Positions 16,396-24,939 of a DNA stretch of 26,028 nucleotides are shown here, piece after piece (the stretch's first letter is position 1; every line of letters starts with the position of its first letter). The translations under genes and the position numbers were made by a program. The DNA is from a virus. Taxonomy: Duplodnaviria; Caudoviricetes. The notes below the pieces were generated by a model. That model saw only the letters and a program-made list of their open reading frames with translations. It searched no databases and had not been told where the DNA came from. The stretch is taken from positions 1 through 26,028 of the IMG/VR virus record IMGVR_UViG_3300042923_000231; one strand, written 5' to 3'.

Positions 16396-17149
16396 CTTCT
16401 CCTAACAGATTTTTAATCATATCTAACTGGCTTTTAGGTTTATTGCTTGGTTTGTTACTAGCTAACTGGTTAAGATATCCATCAAATTTATTGCCAAACA
16501 GTGTTTCTGGTCTTAAAAATTTAGCCTGTTCTGTATTAATCCATTCTGTAGCCTTTTTATCAATGACCATTTTAAAATCATCAAGCGTATACTTTTCATT
16601 CCACCTAGCGCGAATATGTTTTTTATGTCCTTCGGTTGTATGTTTATAGTTCGTTCCACACACTTGATTTAGATGGTCGATGATTTCACGGAACGGTATA
16701 TCTAACTCTAACTTATCCTTATCTAACTCTAGACTATCCTTACCTAACCTAACCTGTGCATCCAAACTGTATCCATCTTGTATACATTGCATTTTTTCAG
16801 CATTACTATTAACTGTATAAGCCTTATTTTGCTTAATTAATAACATCGATTTTTCTTCAAGGTACATAGTTTCCTTAAATCTATCGTTTTGAATATAATT
16901 GTGTATTCGCCAGTGCTTAATTACACATACGCCACTTTCAAAAGGTATAATAAATTTTTTAGCAATCAATAATTTTAAATCATCTTCGCTGCTACCTATC
17001 ATCCTTTGAATTTTTCTAGGATTATTTATAAAACCTTCATCATCAGCTCTCATTGATAAGTGAAAATATAAGCATTGACTTGATAATGGCATATCTAAAA
17101 AAGCATCACTATCTATTATTGTTTTTGCGAACATCCTACGTTCTGCTAT
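16337..17149 (-). CDS. Phage replication initiator / replisome organizer (probable ATA start)
   Basis: AERRMFAKTIIDSDAFLDMPLSSQCLYFHL..RADDEGF N-terminus and LRPETLFGNKFDGYLNQ C-terminal domain. Confidence 0.9.
   Translation of the reverse strand: MAERRMFAKTIIDSDAFLDMPLSSQCLYFHLSMRADDEGFINNPRKIQRMIGSSEDDLKLLIAKKFIIPFESGVCVIKHWRIHNYIQNDRFKETMYLEEKSMLLIKQNKAYTVNSNAEKMQCIQDGYSLDAQVRLGKDSLELDKDKLELDIPFREIIDHLNQVCGTNYKHTTEGHKKHIRARWNEKYTLDDFKMVIDKKATEWINTEQAKFLRPETLFGNKFDGYLNQLASNKPSNKPKSQLDMIKNLLGEDDGAETNIKDTSTIDTSFS
16699..16786. repeat. Putative replication origin iterons inside the initiator gene
   Basis: TGCATCCA, TGTATCCA and TGTATACA at 16757, 16768 and 16779 (11-bp period); TATCTAACTCTA repeated at 16699 and 16720 (21-bp period). 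Confidence 0.7.
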
Positions 17150-17182
17150 GATTATCACCACGCTTTCAAACTTGTGTTTTAA

Positions 17183-17458
17183 TTATCGAGGGTTAAGCAC
17201 ATACCTATCGTAAGCACGTTTTTTCTCTCTTACTGCATCTTCTGCATATCGCATATTTTTATAAACATTATCTATCGTTCGATTCCCGTAAGGAGTTTTA
17301 ACAAATTTACAAATATATCTTGATTCGCAATCTTCGTAATCATCGAATATATCTTGTATATATGTTTTCTTAATATCGTAATAATCTAATATGTAAACAT
17401 CATCACCTACTTTAAAACCGTAATATTCCTTATAATGTTTCATTGCTTTATCATTCAT
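17183..17458 (-). CDS. Hypothetical protein
   Basis: FKVGDDVY motif; SD AAGGTGA. Confidence 0.7.
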   Translation of the reverse strand: MNDKAMKHYKEYYGFKVGDDVYILDYYDIKKTYIQDIFDDYEDCESRYICKFVKTPYGNRTIDNVYKNMRYAEDAVREKKRAYDRYVLNPR

Positions 17459-17467
17459 AATTTCACC

Positions 17468-17680
17468 TTATTCCCTTTCAAACGTCACATACATCTGTAT
17501 AATTTTCAACGTTTCTGCTTGACTATTCGACGTTTTCATATGCTCAATCATTTTTTCTAGTTGCTGCTGGTTACCGCTTTCAATCAATGCGTTTCGTGCT
17601 AGTGCGTACGCTGTGAAATTGTCCATCTTTTTGAGTGAGTTGTTGTATTTTACGACTAGTTTAGTCATGTTGTGATTCAT
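17468..17680 (-). CDS. Hypothetical protein (start may be 17668)
   Basis: 70-aa helical ORF. Confidence 0.65.
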   Translation of the reverse strand: MNHNMTKLVVKYNNSLKKMDNFTAYALARNALIESGNQQQLEKMIEHMKTSNSQAETLKIIQMYVTFERE

Positions 17681-18683
17681 CCGTATCGTTTATTTTGTCA
17701 ATCATATCGTTTTTATTAATTATTTCTACTTCGTCAATATAACCAGTCCCACAACAATGCTCGCATTGGTGCAACGGCTTATTTATTAAACTAATTAACC
17801 CTATCAGCCATGTATCTATCTTTTCTTTTAATTCATGTTCAGAGTTAGCAAACATTCCATTAATTGAAGTGTATCCCTTATAATTTTCTTGATCGTGTGT
17901 CATTTGAAAAATTTCTTCACTTTTAACTTTTGCGGTTTTATAATGTATTTTATTTCTTTCTTTTTTTGTTTTTGCAAATATATGCTGATATGAAATTGTT
18001 TTTGGTTCTAGTAACGGAATGTTTTTTTTGACAGTAAAACAGAAGTCATAGTCAGATGTTATTTGAGCAAATCCACTATCAATATGTTCACGTACATACT
18101 GACGAGTTATATCGTACATTTGTTTAGACGATAGGCTACACGGTTTGTTTTCAAGTAAAACATCCGGCAATATAATTTCGTCAATCATTTGATGGTTTAT
18201 GTCGGCGTGTTTAATATGATATTGTTTTTCATCCCATCCAAATTTACCTATTGCCTTAAAGTCAAAGTCGCAAAAATCAACAAAATTATCTATTTCGCAT
18301 AAAGTCTTTACTTTAATATCTGTATCAACTTTATAATTCGGTTTTTCATCATAAGTGTAGCTATATAAATTATCTAAGATATCATCGCTATAATTGTTGC
18401 TATCGTCATAATTTATTACTTCTGGGAATTTCTTTGTTACGTTATCCTTGTCTCTTATTTCATACCTTACATTACATTTTTCGCCTTTAACTTCTTTTTC
18501 TATCTTGGTTGGAAAATGCGAAATTTTATACCACTTATCGCTCCATGTTTTTATAGGGGATTCATTATCAAAAAGTAAACTGGGAATTATGCTATTGTGA
18601 TAACTGTGATTATAACTTCCTTCTTTAGCGTAGCAATCACTAACAAAGCAACATTTATCCGTTTTTATTAACATTAGTTCCAT
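17661..18683 (-). CDS. Large hypothetical protein with C-terminal CxxCxGxG motif
   Basis: 340 aa; SD GGAGG; ITSDYDFCFTVKK and CEHCCGTG. Confidence 0.8.
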   Translation of the reverse strand: MELMLIKTDKCCFVSDCYAKEGSYNHSYHNSIIPSLLFDNESPIKTWSDKWYKISHFPTKIEKEVKGEKCNVRYEIRDKDNVTKKFPEVINYDDSNNYSDDILDNLYSYTYDEKPNYKVDTDIKVKTLCEIDNFVDFCDFDFKAIGKFGWDEKQYHIKHADINHQMIDEIILPDVLLENKPCSLSSKQMYDITRQYVREHIDSGFAQITSDYDFCFTVKKNIPLLEPKTISYQHIFAKTKKERNKIHYKTAKVKSEEIFQMTHDQENYKGYTSINGMFANSEHELKEKIDTWLIGLISLINKPLHQCEHCCGTGYIDEVEIINKNDMIDKINDTDESQHD

Positions 18684-18730
18684 TTATCTTAATCCTCCGT
18701 ATAAATTTTAATTTTGTGGGAAGGCTAGTG

Positions 18731-19471
18731 TTAACTAGCCTGTCCGTTGTTTTGTGATTCTAAATATTCTTTATGATATTGTTCCAAATGATTAAATAAA
18801 TCACTAAAATTATTCATTGTTAACGCTTTACCAAATTTAAAATTAATAATTAGCGGCATTACGTCAGCACCTATATTAAGTTTTTCTGCTTTTTTACCTA
18901 GTGCTATTAATTGATTAGCCGAAGGAACTGTATTGCTTGTCTGTGCTTGCTGTGAATCTTTTTTAGGTTGTGTTGATGTATTTGTATTAGTTACTTTATT
19001 TTGTTGCTCAGAATCAAATTGTGAAGGTTTTTCTCTACCATATTTAGTATCATTAGCTAAACCTCTATAAACGTCTGCTGCTACACCTATCATTTTCATG
19101 CAAACACCCAGTGCGTCTGTTACAGCCATTTTATAACTTTCATCATTAGCATACATTCCGTTGCTTTCTTTTTTAACAATAAAATCTCCGCCAATTGCAG
19201 GAATTGGTTCGCTCCACGATTCTTCACTTTTTATATATAAATTAATTTGTACAAAAACCATTATTTGATTATCACTTGTTTCTTGTGTCCAACTTTTAAC
19301 TATATCGTATTTCCACCCAATACCACATACGCCAAACTCTTGCGTCATTACCTCTATGCGCCATTGTGGACTAATGTCTGAACGCCCTTTTAAGCGTCCT
19401 GCTGTAATTGGTTTAAGCGCATTTGATGGCACTGCTTTTAAGTTGTTATAATGAATCATATTATCAATCAT
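18731..19471 (-). CDS. Rad52/Sak-like single-strand annealing protein
   Basis: DISPQWRIE..TQEFG.CGIGW...YKMAVTDAL...IGVAADVY. Confidence 0.75.
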   Translation of the reverse strand: MIDNMIHYNNLKAVPSNALKPITAGRLKGRSDISPQWRIEVMTQEFGVCGIGWKYDIVKSWTQETSDNQIMVFVQINLYIKSEESWSEPIPAIGGDFIVKKESNGMYANDESYKMAVTDALGVCMKMIGVAADVYRGLANDTKYGREKPSQFDSEQQNKVTNTNTSTQPKKDSQQAQTSNTVPSANQLIALGKKAEKLNIGADVMPLIINFKFGKALTMNNFSDLFNHLEQYHKEYLESQNNGQAS

Positions 19472-19687
19472 TTAATCAACCTGCCTTTCCATTGATTCAC
19501 TTTCATAAGTACCGCAATCAATACGCCAATTATTTAAGCAATTTTCCATATATACCCTATTGTTAATTGAATGATGATGCCATATATCAACATGCCCTCC
19601 GTTTTCGGTATATATGTCATACCCTTGTTTTTTTAATTCAGTTAATAACTTTTTTACTAAGGTTTCAATTTTATTCTTTGTTGCCAT
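19472..19687 (-). CDS. Hypothetical protein
   Basis: 71-aa ORF. Confidence 0.65.
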   Translation of the reverse strand: MATKNKIETLVKKLLTELKKQGYDIYTENGGHVDIWHHHSINNRVYMENCLNNWRIDCGTYESESMERQVD

Positions 19688-19696
19688 TGCGCTAAC

Positions 19697-20239
19697 CTAC
19701 TTTACATAAAATTTATTTTCTTCTGTTTCAAATGTCATATTTTCAACGATCTCGCCATCTGTTGTAATTACTTTTTCGTCAACTATTTGTAAATTTTTCT
19801 TCAATTCAGCCCAATCAACAGTTGTTTTAGTTTTAATTAAGTTTGGATAGCTAGATTTAGTAAATTTAATTAAATCTTCGCTGTCATTGCTAACGTCAAC
19901 ATCATTAATCTTAAATTTAGTAGCACCTGCCCTAAAACCAACAGTTCCGGATGGTAATTTAAATGATTTCTTTTTACTGTCTTTTAATTGTTGCTCTGCA
20001 AAAGGTTGTAATTTTGTTTTGAAAAAATTAATTGAATCTTGTTTTTCTAATATTTCATTTTGTGCCCATGTTTCAATTTTTAATTGTTCAGTAGCAAGCA
20101 TTTTTTTAGCTTCGTTCTTTACATAATCAATGTCATTTTGTAATTTATTTATTTTTTTAACAATCCATTCTGCTTTTGATAAATCATCAACAATAAAACT
20201 TTCTTTTTGTTCGGTTTCTTCTAAATTATTTTCAATCAT
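19697..20239 (-). CDS. gam: Mu Gam-like host-nuclease inhibitor
   Basis: DDLSKAEWIVKKI...KKKSFKLPSGTVGFR...VDWAELKK...FYVK. Confidence 0.85.
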   Translation of the reverse strand: MIENNLEETEQKESFIVDDLSKAEWIVKKINKLQNDIDYVKNEAKKMLATEQLKIETWAQNEILEKQDSINFFKTKLQPFAEQQLKDSKKKSFKLPSGTVGFRAGATKFKINDVDVSNDSEDLIKFTKSSYPNLIKTKTTVDWAELKKNLQIVDEKVITTDGEIVENMTFETEENKFYVK

Positions 20240-20421
20240 ACTTTTTCTCCTTCACTTATCGGCAATACCGAAATGGTATCGTAGTTATTTTTAACATCTT
20301 TCGAAATTAATTTTTCAGCTTCTATCTGAACTTTAAACCACACTGTATTTTCTACTAAAACTTGTGCCAGCGGCTGTTTATTTTTATCTCTAAATGTAAC
20401 TACGTAATCACGTACATACAT
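20236..20421 (-). CDS. Hypothetical protein
   Basis: ATG 20421 in TGATG coupling after SD GGAGG. Confidence 0.65.
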   Translation of the reverse strand: MYVRDYVVTFRDKNKQPLAQVLVENTVWFKVQIEAEKLISKDVKNNYDTISVLPISEGEKV

Positions 20422-20555
20422 CACCAGTCCTCCCAACGATCACAAGTAAAATATTCATCTATTTCTGTATCTTCGATGTCTGGTGGATTATCTGATTGAT
20501 AAGGGTATGCTGCTGTAGATGACGGTTGTTGTGTTATGTCTGGAATATTATCCAT
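20421..20555 (-). CDS. 44-aa highly acidic peptide
   Basis: Not in track; MDNIPDITQQPSSTAAYPYQSDNPPDIEDTEIDEYFTCDRWEDW; overlaps both neighbours. Confidence 0.6.
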   Translation of the reverse strand: MDNIPDITQQPSSTAAYPYQSDNPPDIEDTEIDEYFTCDRWEDW

Positions 20556-20892
20556 GTACAACACGCTCCCTAATTGCAAACACTTCTCTTAATTGCTCTA
20601 AATCAAGGATCGGTTTAACATCATTAGGTATCACGCTTTTCAATTTACCCATCATTGCTAAAAATGATCTTGCATCGTTCCAACGTTCAGGTGGTAATGC
20701 TTTTTCATAACTACATCCAGTAGGCGTTTTTTCTATTGGTAATTTTAAACTTATGCCATATTTACAAGCACGTTGTTGTATTGAATATTTACTTTTACCT
20801 ATCAATTTACCGATTTCATCCGCTTTAAGTTTGCCAGCGTTATTACGTAATATTTGGAGTTGTTTAGCTGTCCAAGGTGTTTTCATAATCAA
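20548..20892 (-). CDS. HTH (Myb/SANT-like) DNA-binding protein
   Basis: WTAKQLQILR...EIGKLIGKSKYSIQQRA.KYGI. Confidence 0.7.
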   Translation of the reverse strand: MIMKTPWTAKQLQILRNNAGKLKADEIGKLIGKSKYSIQQRACKYGISLKLPIEKTPTGCSYEKALPPERWNDARSFLAMMGKLKSVIPNDVKPILDLEQLREVFAIRERVVHG

Positions 20893-20930
20893 CGTCTCCT
20901 TGACTCTTTTAAATTTATTTGTTAAACTGT

Positions 20931-21107
20931 CTATAATTTGATTTTCTTATTTCTTTGAATGCCAGCTCTGCAAAGCTGGTCTTTTTTTATGTCTTTTGGT
21001 GGATAACATAAGCGATCATCAACGCACATTGGCAATACTGTTTTTCTGCTTGATGTCATTACCCAAACCAATTCAGTGTCGTCCCTACCGCATCTAGCGC
21101 ACCACAT
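20931..21107 (-). CDS. Small Cys-rich protein
   Basis: Likely start MWCARCG at 21107, right after the upstream stop. Confidence 0.6.
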   Translation of the reverse strand: MWCARCGRDDTELVWVMTSSRKTVLPMCVDDRLCYPPKDIKKDQLCRAGIQRNKKIKL

Positions 21108-21108
21108 A

Positions 21109-21474
21109 TCATAACGCCTGCCTTGGTAGTAACTTATCACCGTATTGATTTCGTAGCATGGATTCAATTTTGCTAGGTGACTCATGAATAACCACTAAAT
21201 TAACCTTTGATTCTCGTTCTGGTGGAAATATTTCTTCAACCGCTACACCCAAAGCATCAGCAATTTTCTTTTGATTTTTAAAGTTTGGCTTATATGCTCC
21301 GTTTTCAATTTGGCTGTAGCTCGATGGATTTAAACCAGATACTTTAGCTAGTGACGTTGCTGTTTCAAAACCTTTTTCAATTCGCAAATTCTTTAACGTA
21401 CAATGAGTTTCAGTATTGTTCGTTTTGATATTGCCAAACCAGTTAGCTATTGTTCGCATCCCGTATTGTCCCAA
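21109..21474 (-). CDS. XRE-family HTH regulator (start uncertain, TTG 21474 favoured)
   Basis: LKNLRIEKG...LAKVSGLNPSSYSQIENG...KKIADALGV.VEEIF. Confidence 0.85.
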   Translation of the reverse strand: MGQYGMRTIANWFGNIKTNNTETHCTLKNLRIEKGFETATSLAKVSGLNPSSYSQIENGAYKPNFKNQKKIADALGVAVEEIFPPERESKVNLVVIHESPSKIESMLRNQYGDKLLPRQAL

Positions 21475-21475
21475 G

Positions 21476-21667
21476 TTAAACATCCCTTTCTTGTAAAAAT
21501 ATAATTTGTCCAAGTTCGAAGTTGCCGAACACCCTTGATTCTATTTCGTCTTTGGCTAATTCTAAATCTTTGATATCTACGTGACCGCTAGTACAAACTT
21601 CTTCGCCTAACACATATAATTGATAGTCCCAACCAGTTTCAGTTTCTTGTAGGTCAAGTTTATTCAT
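21476..21667 (-). CDS. Hypothetical acidic protein
   Basis: 63 aa with SD GGAGGAG. Confidence 0.65.
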   Translation of the reverse strand: MNKLDLQETETGWDYQLYVLGEEVCTSGHVDIKDLELAKDEIESRVFGNFELGQIIFLQERDV

Positions 21668-21673
21668 CTGCGT

Positions 21674-22042
21674 TTACTCCTCCTCAACAGAAAAACAGTC
21701 TGGATGATATTGTAATGTCATTTCTATTCTTCCGCCCACAATATTACTTTTAGATTCATCTTCAATATAATGATATATTCGATATTGCCAACCGCACTCA
21801 TCACAATAAGCCATTCCATGACATAGTCCCCAACTGTATGATGATTTTTCACACATTAAACATTTATGAGGATTGTCTAATTTTACAAATGAATTTAAGT
21901 ATTTATTGCAGATATCAATTTGTTCTTCTGTGAGTTTCAACCCACGTTTTTCTATAATACTTTGTATATCTTCATAAGACATTCTAGGAAGATTTTGAGA
22001 TTTAAGCTTATTTAATTTATCAATAGTTTCATTTCTATTCAT
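21674..22042 (-). CDS. Zinc-finger hypothetical protein
   Basis: CLMC...WGLCHG.AYCDECGW..R.YHY. Confidence 0.75.
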   Translation of the reverse strand: MNRNETIDKLNKLKSQNLPRMSYEDIQSIIEKRGLKLTEEQIDICNKYLNSFVKLDNPHKCLMCEKSSYSWGLCHGMAYCDECGWQYRIYHYIEDESKSNIVGGRIEMTLQYHPDCFSVEEE

Positions 22043-22385
22043 TTTTAACTTCCTTTCTAATCCAGTAGTTAACAGTCAATCTATCCCCTGCGTAAATATA
22101 CGAATATTTAATATCTGGATACTGCTTTAAATTTTCCTCAATAATGCCCTGCTTAAATTCATCAAGTCCACGCTTGCCATATGTGTTTTTAGCCATGTAT
22201 TCAAACGCTATCTTATTGAGTGTATCGCCATTTTGCACTATGTAGGTTTCGGTAACAGGTTCATAAGCATAAGGCTTGTCCGATTTAAATCCGCACAGTA
22301 TAAAAGTTACTGTAATTACAAAGGCTATAGCTAACAAGATTGTCATTGTTGGCATTATTCTGTTTGTGTGTTGTTTGATTCGCAT
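22035..22385 (-). CDS. Membrane-anchored LysM protein (YneA-like architecture)
   Basis: N-terminal transmembrane segment; YIVQNGDTLNKIA...IYAGDRLTV LysM signature. Confidence 0.8.
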   Translation of the reverse strand: MRIKQHTNRIMPTMTILLAIAFVITVTFILCGFKSDKPYAYEPVTETYIVQNGDTLNKIAFEYMAKNTYGKRGLDEFKQGIIEENLKQYPDIKYSYIYAGDRLTVNYWIRKEVKNE

Positions 22386-22573
22386 GTGGTTACCTCGCTT
22401 TCTAAGTAATCCTTGATTGTTTGTTTGCAGGTTTTATATTCATCAACCCCACTATTACAGCAATGCTCTTTAACGATGCATGTTGCACAAGTTCTAAATT
22501 CACTACATAAACTGTCTAAATACTCAGCCATTTCACTTGTAGTCATGTTTTTGATTCGGTAAATTTGTTTCAT
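22355..22573 (-). CDS. Small Cys-rich protein
   Basis: IKNMTTSEMAEYL...CATC...C...CKQTIKDYLESE. Confidence 0.7.
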   Translation of the reverse strand: MKQIYRIKNMTTSEMAEYLDSLCSEFRTCATCIVKEHCCNSGVDEYKTCKQTIKDYLESEVTTCESNNTQTE

Positions 22574-23238
22574 GGCTTAGTCTCACTTTGCATAGTACGC
22601 ATTAATTTAAAATACTCAATTGCTGCTCTGTATTCTTTACCATATTGCGTATCTGGCTCATAAACTTTATCAATACGTTTAATAAAATCTTCTAAACTAC
22701 CACCTTTATAATCATTCCAGCAGCCACATTGCACGATATTGTTATCAATGTTATAAACTGTGTATGATTTACGACTACCAATCGGGCCAGCTTGAATAAT
22801 TTTGTTTGGCAAGTCAGCACCACGCAAGTTAGCACCACACAAGTTAGCACCACACAAGTTAGCACCACACAAGTTAGCATCACGCAAGTTAGCATCACAC
22901 AAGTTAGCATCACGCAAGTTAGCACCACACAAGTTAGCATCACACAAGTTAGCATCACGCAAGTTAGCACCACACAAGTTAGCACCACACAAGTTAGCAC
23001 CACACAAGTTAGCATCACGCAAGTTAGCACCACACAAGTTAGCACCACACAAGTTAGCACCACACAAGTCAGCACCACGCAAGTTAGCACCACACAAGTT
23101 AGCACCACACAAGTTAGCACCACACAAGTTAGCACCACACAAGTTAGCATCACGCAAGTTAGCACGGCTACCATCATTCCTATTAATTAACCATTTACCA
23201 TGAGATTCAATTACTTCTTGTAATTTTGATTTGTCCAT
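22570..23238 (-). CDS. Pentapeptide-repeat protein with DUF5758-like C-terminal domain
   Basis: 23 x [C/R][G/D]A[N/D]L repeats; GPIGSR...VQCGCW...GSLEDF...YRAAI. Confidence 0.92.
   Translation of the reverse strand: MDKSKLQEVIESHGKWLINRNDGSRANLRDANLCGANLCGANLCGANLCGANLRGADLCGANLCGANLCGANLRDANLCGANLCGANLCGANLRDANLCDANLCGANLRDANLCDANLRDANLCGANLCGANLCGANLRGADLPNKIIQAGPIGSRKSYTVYNIDNNIVQCGCWNDYKGGSLEDFIKRIDKVYEPDTQYGKEYRAAIEYFKLMRTMQSETKP
22810..23163. repeat. 15-bp coding tandem repeat, 23 full units plus a partial unit
   Basis: Consensus CAAGTTAGCACCACA on the plus strand; only three variable positions. Confidence 0.97.
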
Positions 23239-23362
23239 GATTACACTTCCTTTTTTTCTCAGCTTCTAAAACTTTCTCAAACTCGCTTTGCTTTTTATTT
23301 TGATACTGCTTTGTATCGTGGATGTTGATTACTCGGTTGATCGGCTGTATTTTTGGTATCAT
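23207..23362 (-). CDS. Hypothetical 51-aa protein
   Basis: Not in track; ATGA coupling; MIPKIQPINRVINIHDTKQYQNKKQSEFEKVLEAEKKR... Confidence 0.5.
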   Translation of the reverse strand: MIPKIQPINRVINIHDTKQYQNKKQSEFEKVLEAEKKRKCNHGQIKITRSN

Positions 23363-23706
23363 GGATTTTTACCAGTCAAATCAGAAGGAAACAACATTTC
23401 AAAAATACCATCTGCAACTAATTTAGCGTTGTCAATTTGATCTTCTTTTAAATCGCTAACTCTGCTTATATCGCATGAATAATGAATAATTGTGTATATT
23501 GCCTGTTGAATTCTATAAGCATCCCAATTGCGATAATTCTTAAAAAGCAAGTTATCAATATGAGACTTAACAGTTAGCCAAGGTTTTTCTTTTAATGGCT
23601 GTTTTTGAATATCATTTAATAATTCTTGGCGAATCTCTTCTTTTAACTCTTGGCGAAGCATTTTGTACATAACTTCTGGTTTTATTTTTACTTGCGGTTC
23701 TTCCAT
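23359..23706 (-). CDS. Hypothetical protein
   Basis: 115 aa with SD AAGGGAG. Confidence 0.7.
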   Translation of the reverse strand: MEEPQVKIKPEVMYKMLRQELKEEIRQELLNDIQKQPLKEKPWLTVKSHIDNLLFKNYRNWDAYRIQQAIYTIIHYSCDISRVSDLKEDQIDNAKLVADGIFEMLFPSDLTGKNP

Positions 23707-23734
23707 TTACTACGCTCCCTTCGATATTTTGGTA

Positions 23735-23920
23735 TCATGATGGTTGTCCAACATATTCATAAAACAATTTAGGTGAAATGTAGTAGATGTGTTTCCCATG
23801 TGGATTTACTGCTGTTCCAAATGGCAATTTACCGCTTTTTAATCCTTCCCGGATGAACTGTTGTGATGTTTGCATAATTTCAGCAGCTTTTTTGATTGTG
23901 ATTTTTTCAACTGTTTCCAA
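23735..23920 (-). CDS. Small Xis-like HTH DNA-binding protein
   Basis: ITIKKAAEIMQTSQQFIREGLKSGKLPFGTAV...YYISP. Confidence 0.75.
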   Translation of the reverse strand: METVEKITIKKAAEIMQTSQQFIREGLKSGKLPFGTAVNPHGKHIYYISPKLFYEYVGQPS

Positions 23921-23938
23921 ATTAAATCACTCCTAATA

Positions 23939-24688
23939 TTAAATTCCGTATTTAATTGCAATTTCTTTAACGATAGCGATATAGCCCTCAATAAGCTTCT
24001 TGTCCTCGCTAATAACATCTAAGTGATTAAGGTTGTCCCTTTTTGATTTACAAATTCCTTCATCTGCCATACGTCTGCGCTTATTTGTTAAGCGACATTT
24101 TAAATCTACGCCCATACGGTCATTTAAGAGTTTATAGCTTTCATTTCGTAATTCTTGGATGTGTTCCGTACCGCCAAGCTTTCTAGCCATTTTACTAATC
24201 AGCATCGAAGAATCACTACGCCAGCTCGTGCTACTTAATGCAACTACATCACGCATATTTTGCAATGTTTCTGATTGCTGAATTTGTGTTTGTTCAATCT
24301 GCAACATTTTCTTTTCTTGGTCTGCTGCTGATCTTGCAATTTGTGCTAGAATTTCAAGTTGCGACATTTGAGGTAGTTGTTGTTTCTCCATTTCATTAAA
24401 AGCCTGAATATACTTGATTTTCCATTCCGTTGCTTTCTGTCCAGTAAATCCCATTGCTAACAAGGTAAAACCGTCGCGATTCATGAGATATTCAGGATTT
24501 GTTTTGCCGTTGGATGCTTTGTATTCGCTTTCGGAAAATAGAGTCGAAAATTCGGCTGTACTAATTTGCGAGTGCAGTGACCGAATGCTTTCCATTACAT
24601 GCTTGTGCTCCTTGCCAAAATTTTCAGCTACCTGCCTACTGTTTGTTACTGCTTGTCCGTTTTGAATGATAAGATTTAAATTATTCAT
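23939..24688 (-). CDS. Rha-family phage regulatory protein / antirepressor
   Basis: SRQVAENFGKEHKHV and YLMNRDGFTLLAMGFTG.KA..WKIKYIQAFNEME; start set to ATG 24688. Confidence 0.92.
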   Translation of the reverse strand: MNNLNLIIQNGQAVTNSRQVAENFGKEHKHVMESIRSLHSQISTAEFSTLFSESEYKASNGKTNPEYLMNRDGFTLLAMGFTGQKATEWKIKYIQAFNEMEKQQLPQMSQLEILAQIARSAADQEKKMLQIEQTQIQQSETLQNMRDVVALSSTSWRSDSSMLISKMARKLGGTEHIQELRNESYKLLNDRMGVDLKCRLTNKRRRMADEGICKSKRDNLNHLDVISEDKKLIEGYIAIVKEIAIKYGI

Positions 24689-24911
24689 GTTTATATTCCA
24701 TCCCCTCTTCCAAGTCATTGCTTACCGAAACTCTTAATAATAACATTGGCCCGTTAGTTGTTGTCGCCAAGCTATTGCCTTCTTCAATTACAGTTAATTC
24801 CACGTCTTGTCTATTTCTCAACTCATCTACGAGGTCGACAACGCTGAACTGACAAAGCATTTTATTACTCATTTGAGCACCTATAAATTTTTCAAATTCT
24901 GCATATTTCAC
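24681..24911 (-). CDS. Hypothetical protein (BC1881-like motif)
   Basis: DLVDELRNRQDV motif; GTG start after SD AAGGAG. Confidence 0.6.
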   Translation of the reverse strand: MKYAEFEKFIGAQMSNKMLCQFSVVDLVDELRNRQDVELTVIEEGNSLATTTNGPMLLLRVSVSNDLEEGMEYKHE

Positions 24912-24939
24912 TATTTTTAAATCTCCTTTTTATTGTTAA

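Noticed and set aside
22810-23163. Repeat array as CRISPR or DGR
   Set aside because: Contiguous 15-bp units with no spacers, in frame in a protein; no cas or reverse transcriptase gene in the window
22692-23203. ORFs encoding VVLTC, QVSTT and KLAPH repeats
   Set aside because: Shadow frames of the stop-free 15-bp repeat; only the A(N/D)L frame has flanking domains and an SD
394-24665. Plus-strand ORFs in the track other than the repressor
   Set aside because: They lie antisense to well-supported minus-strand genes and show no recognisable motifs
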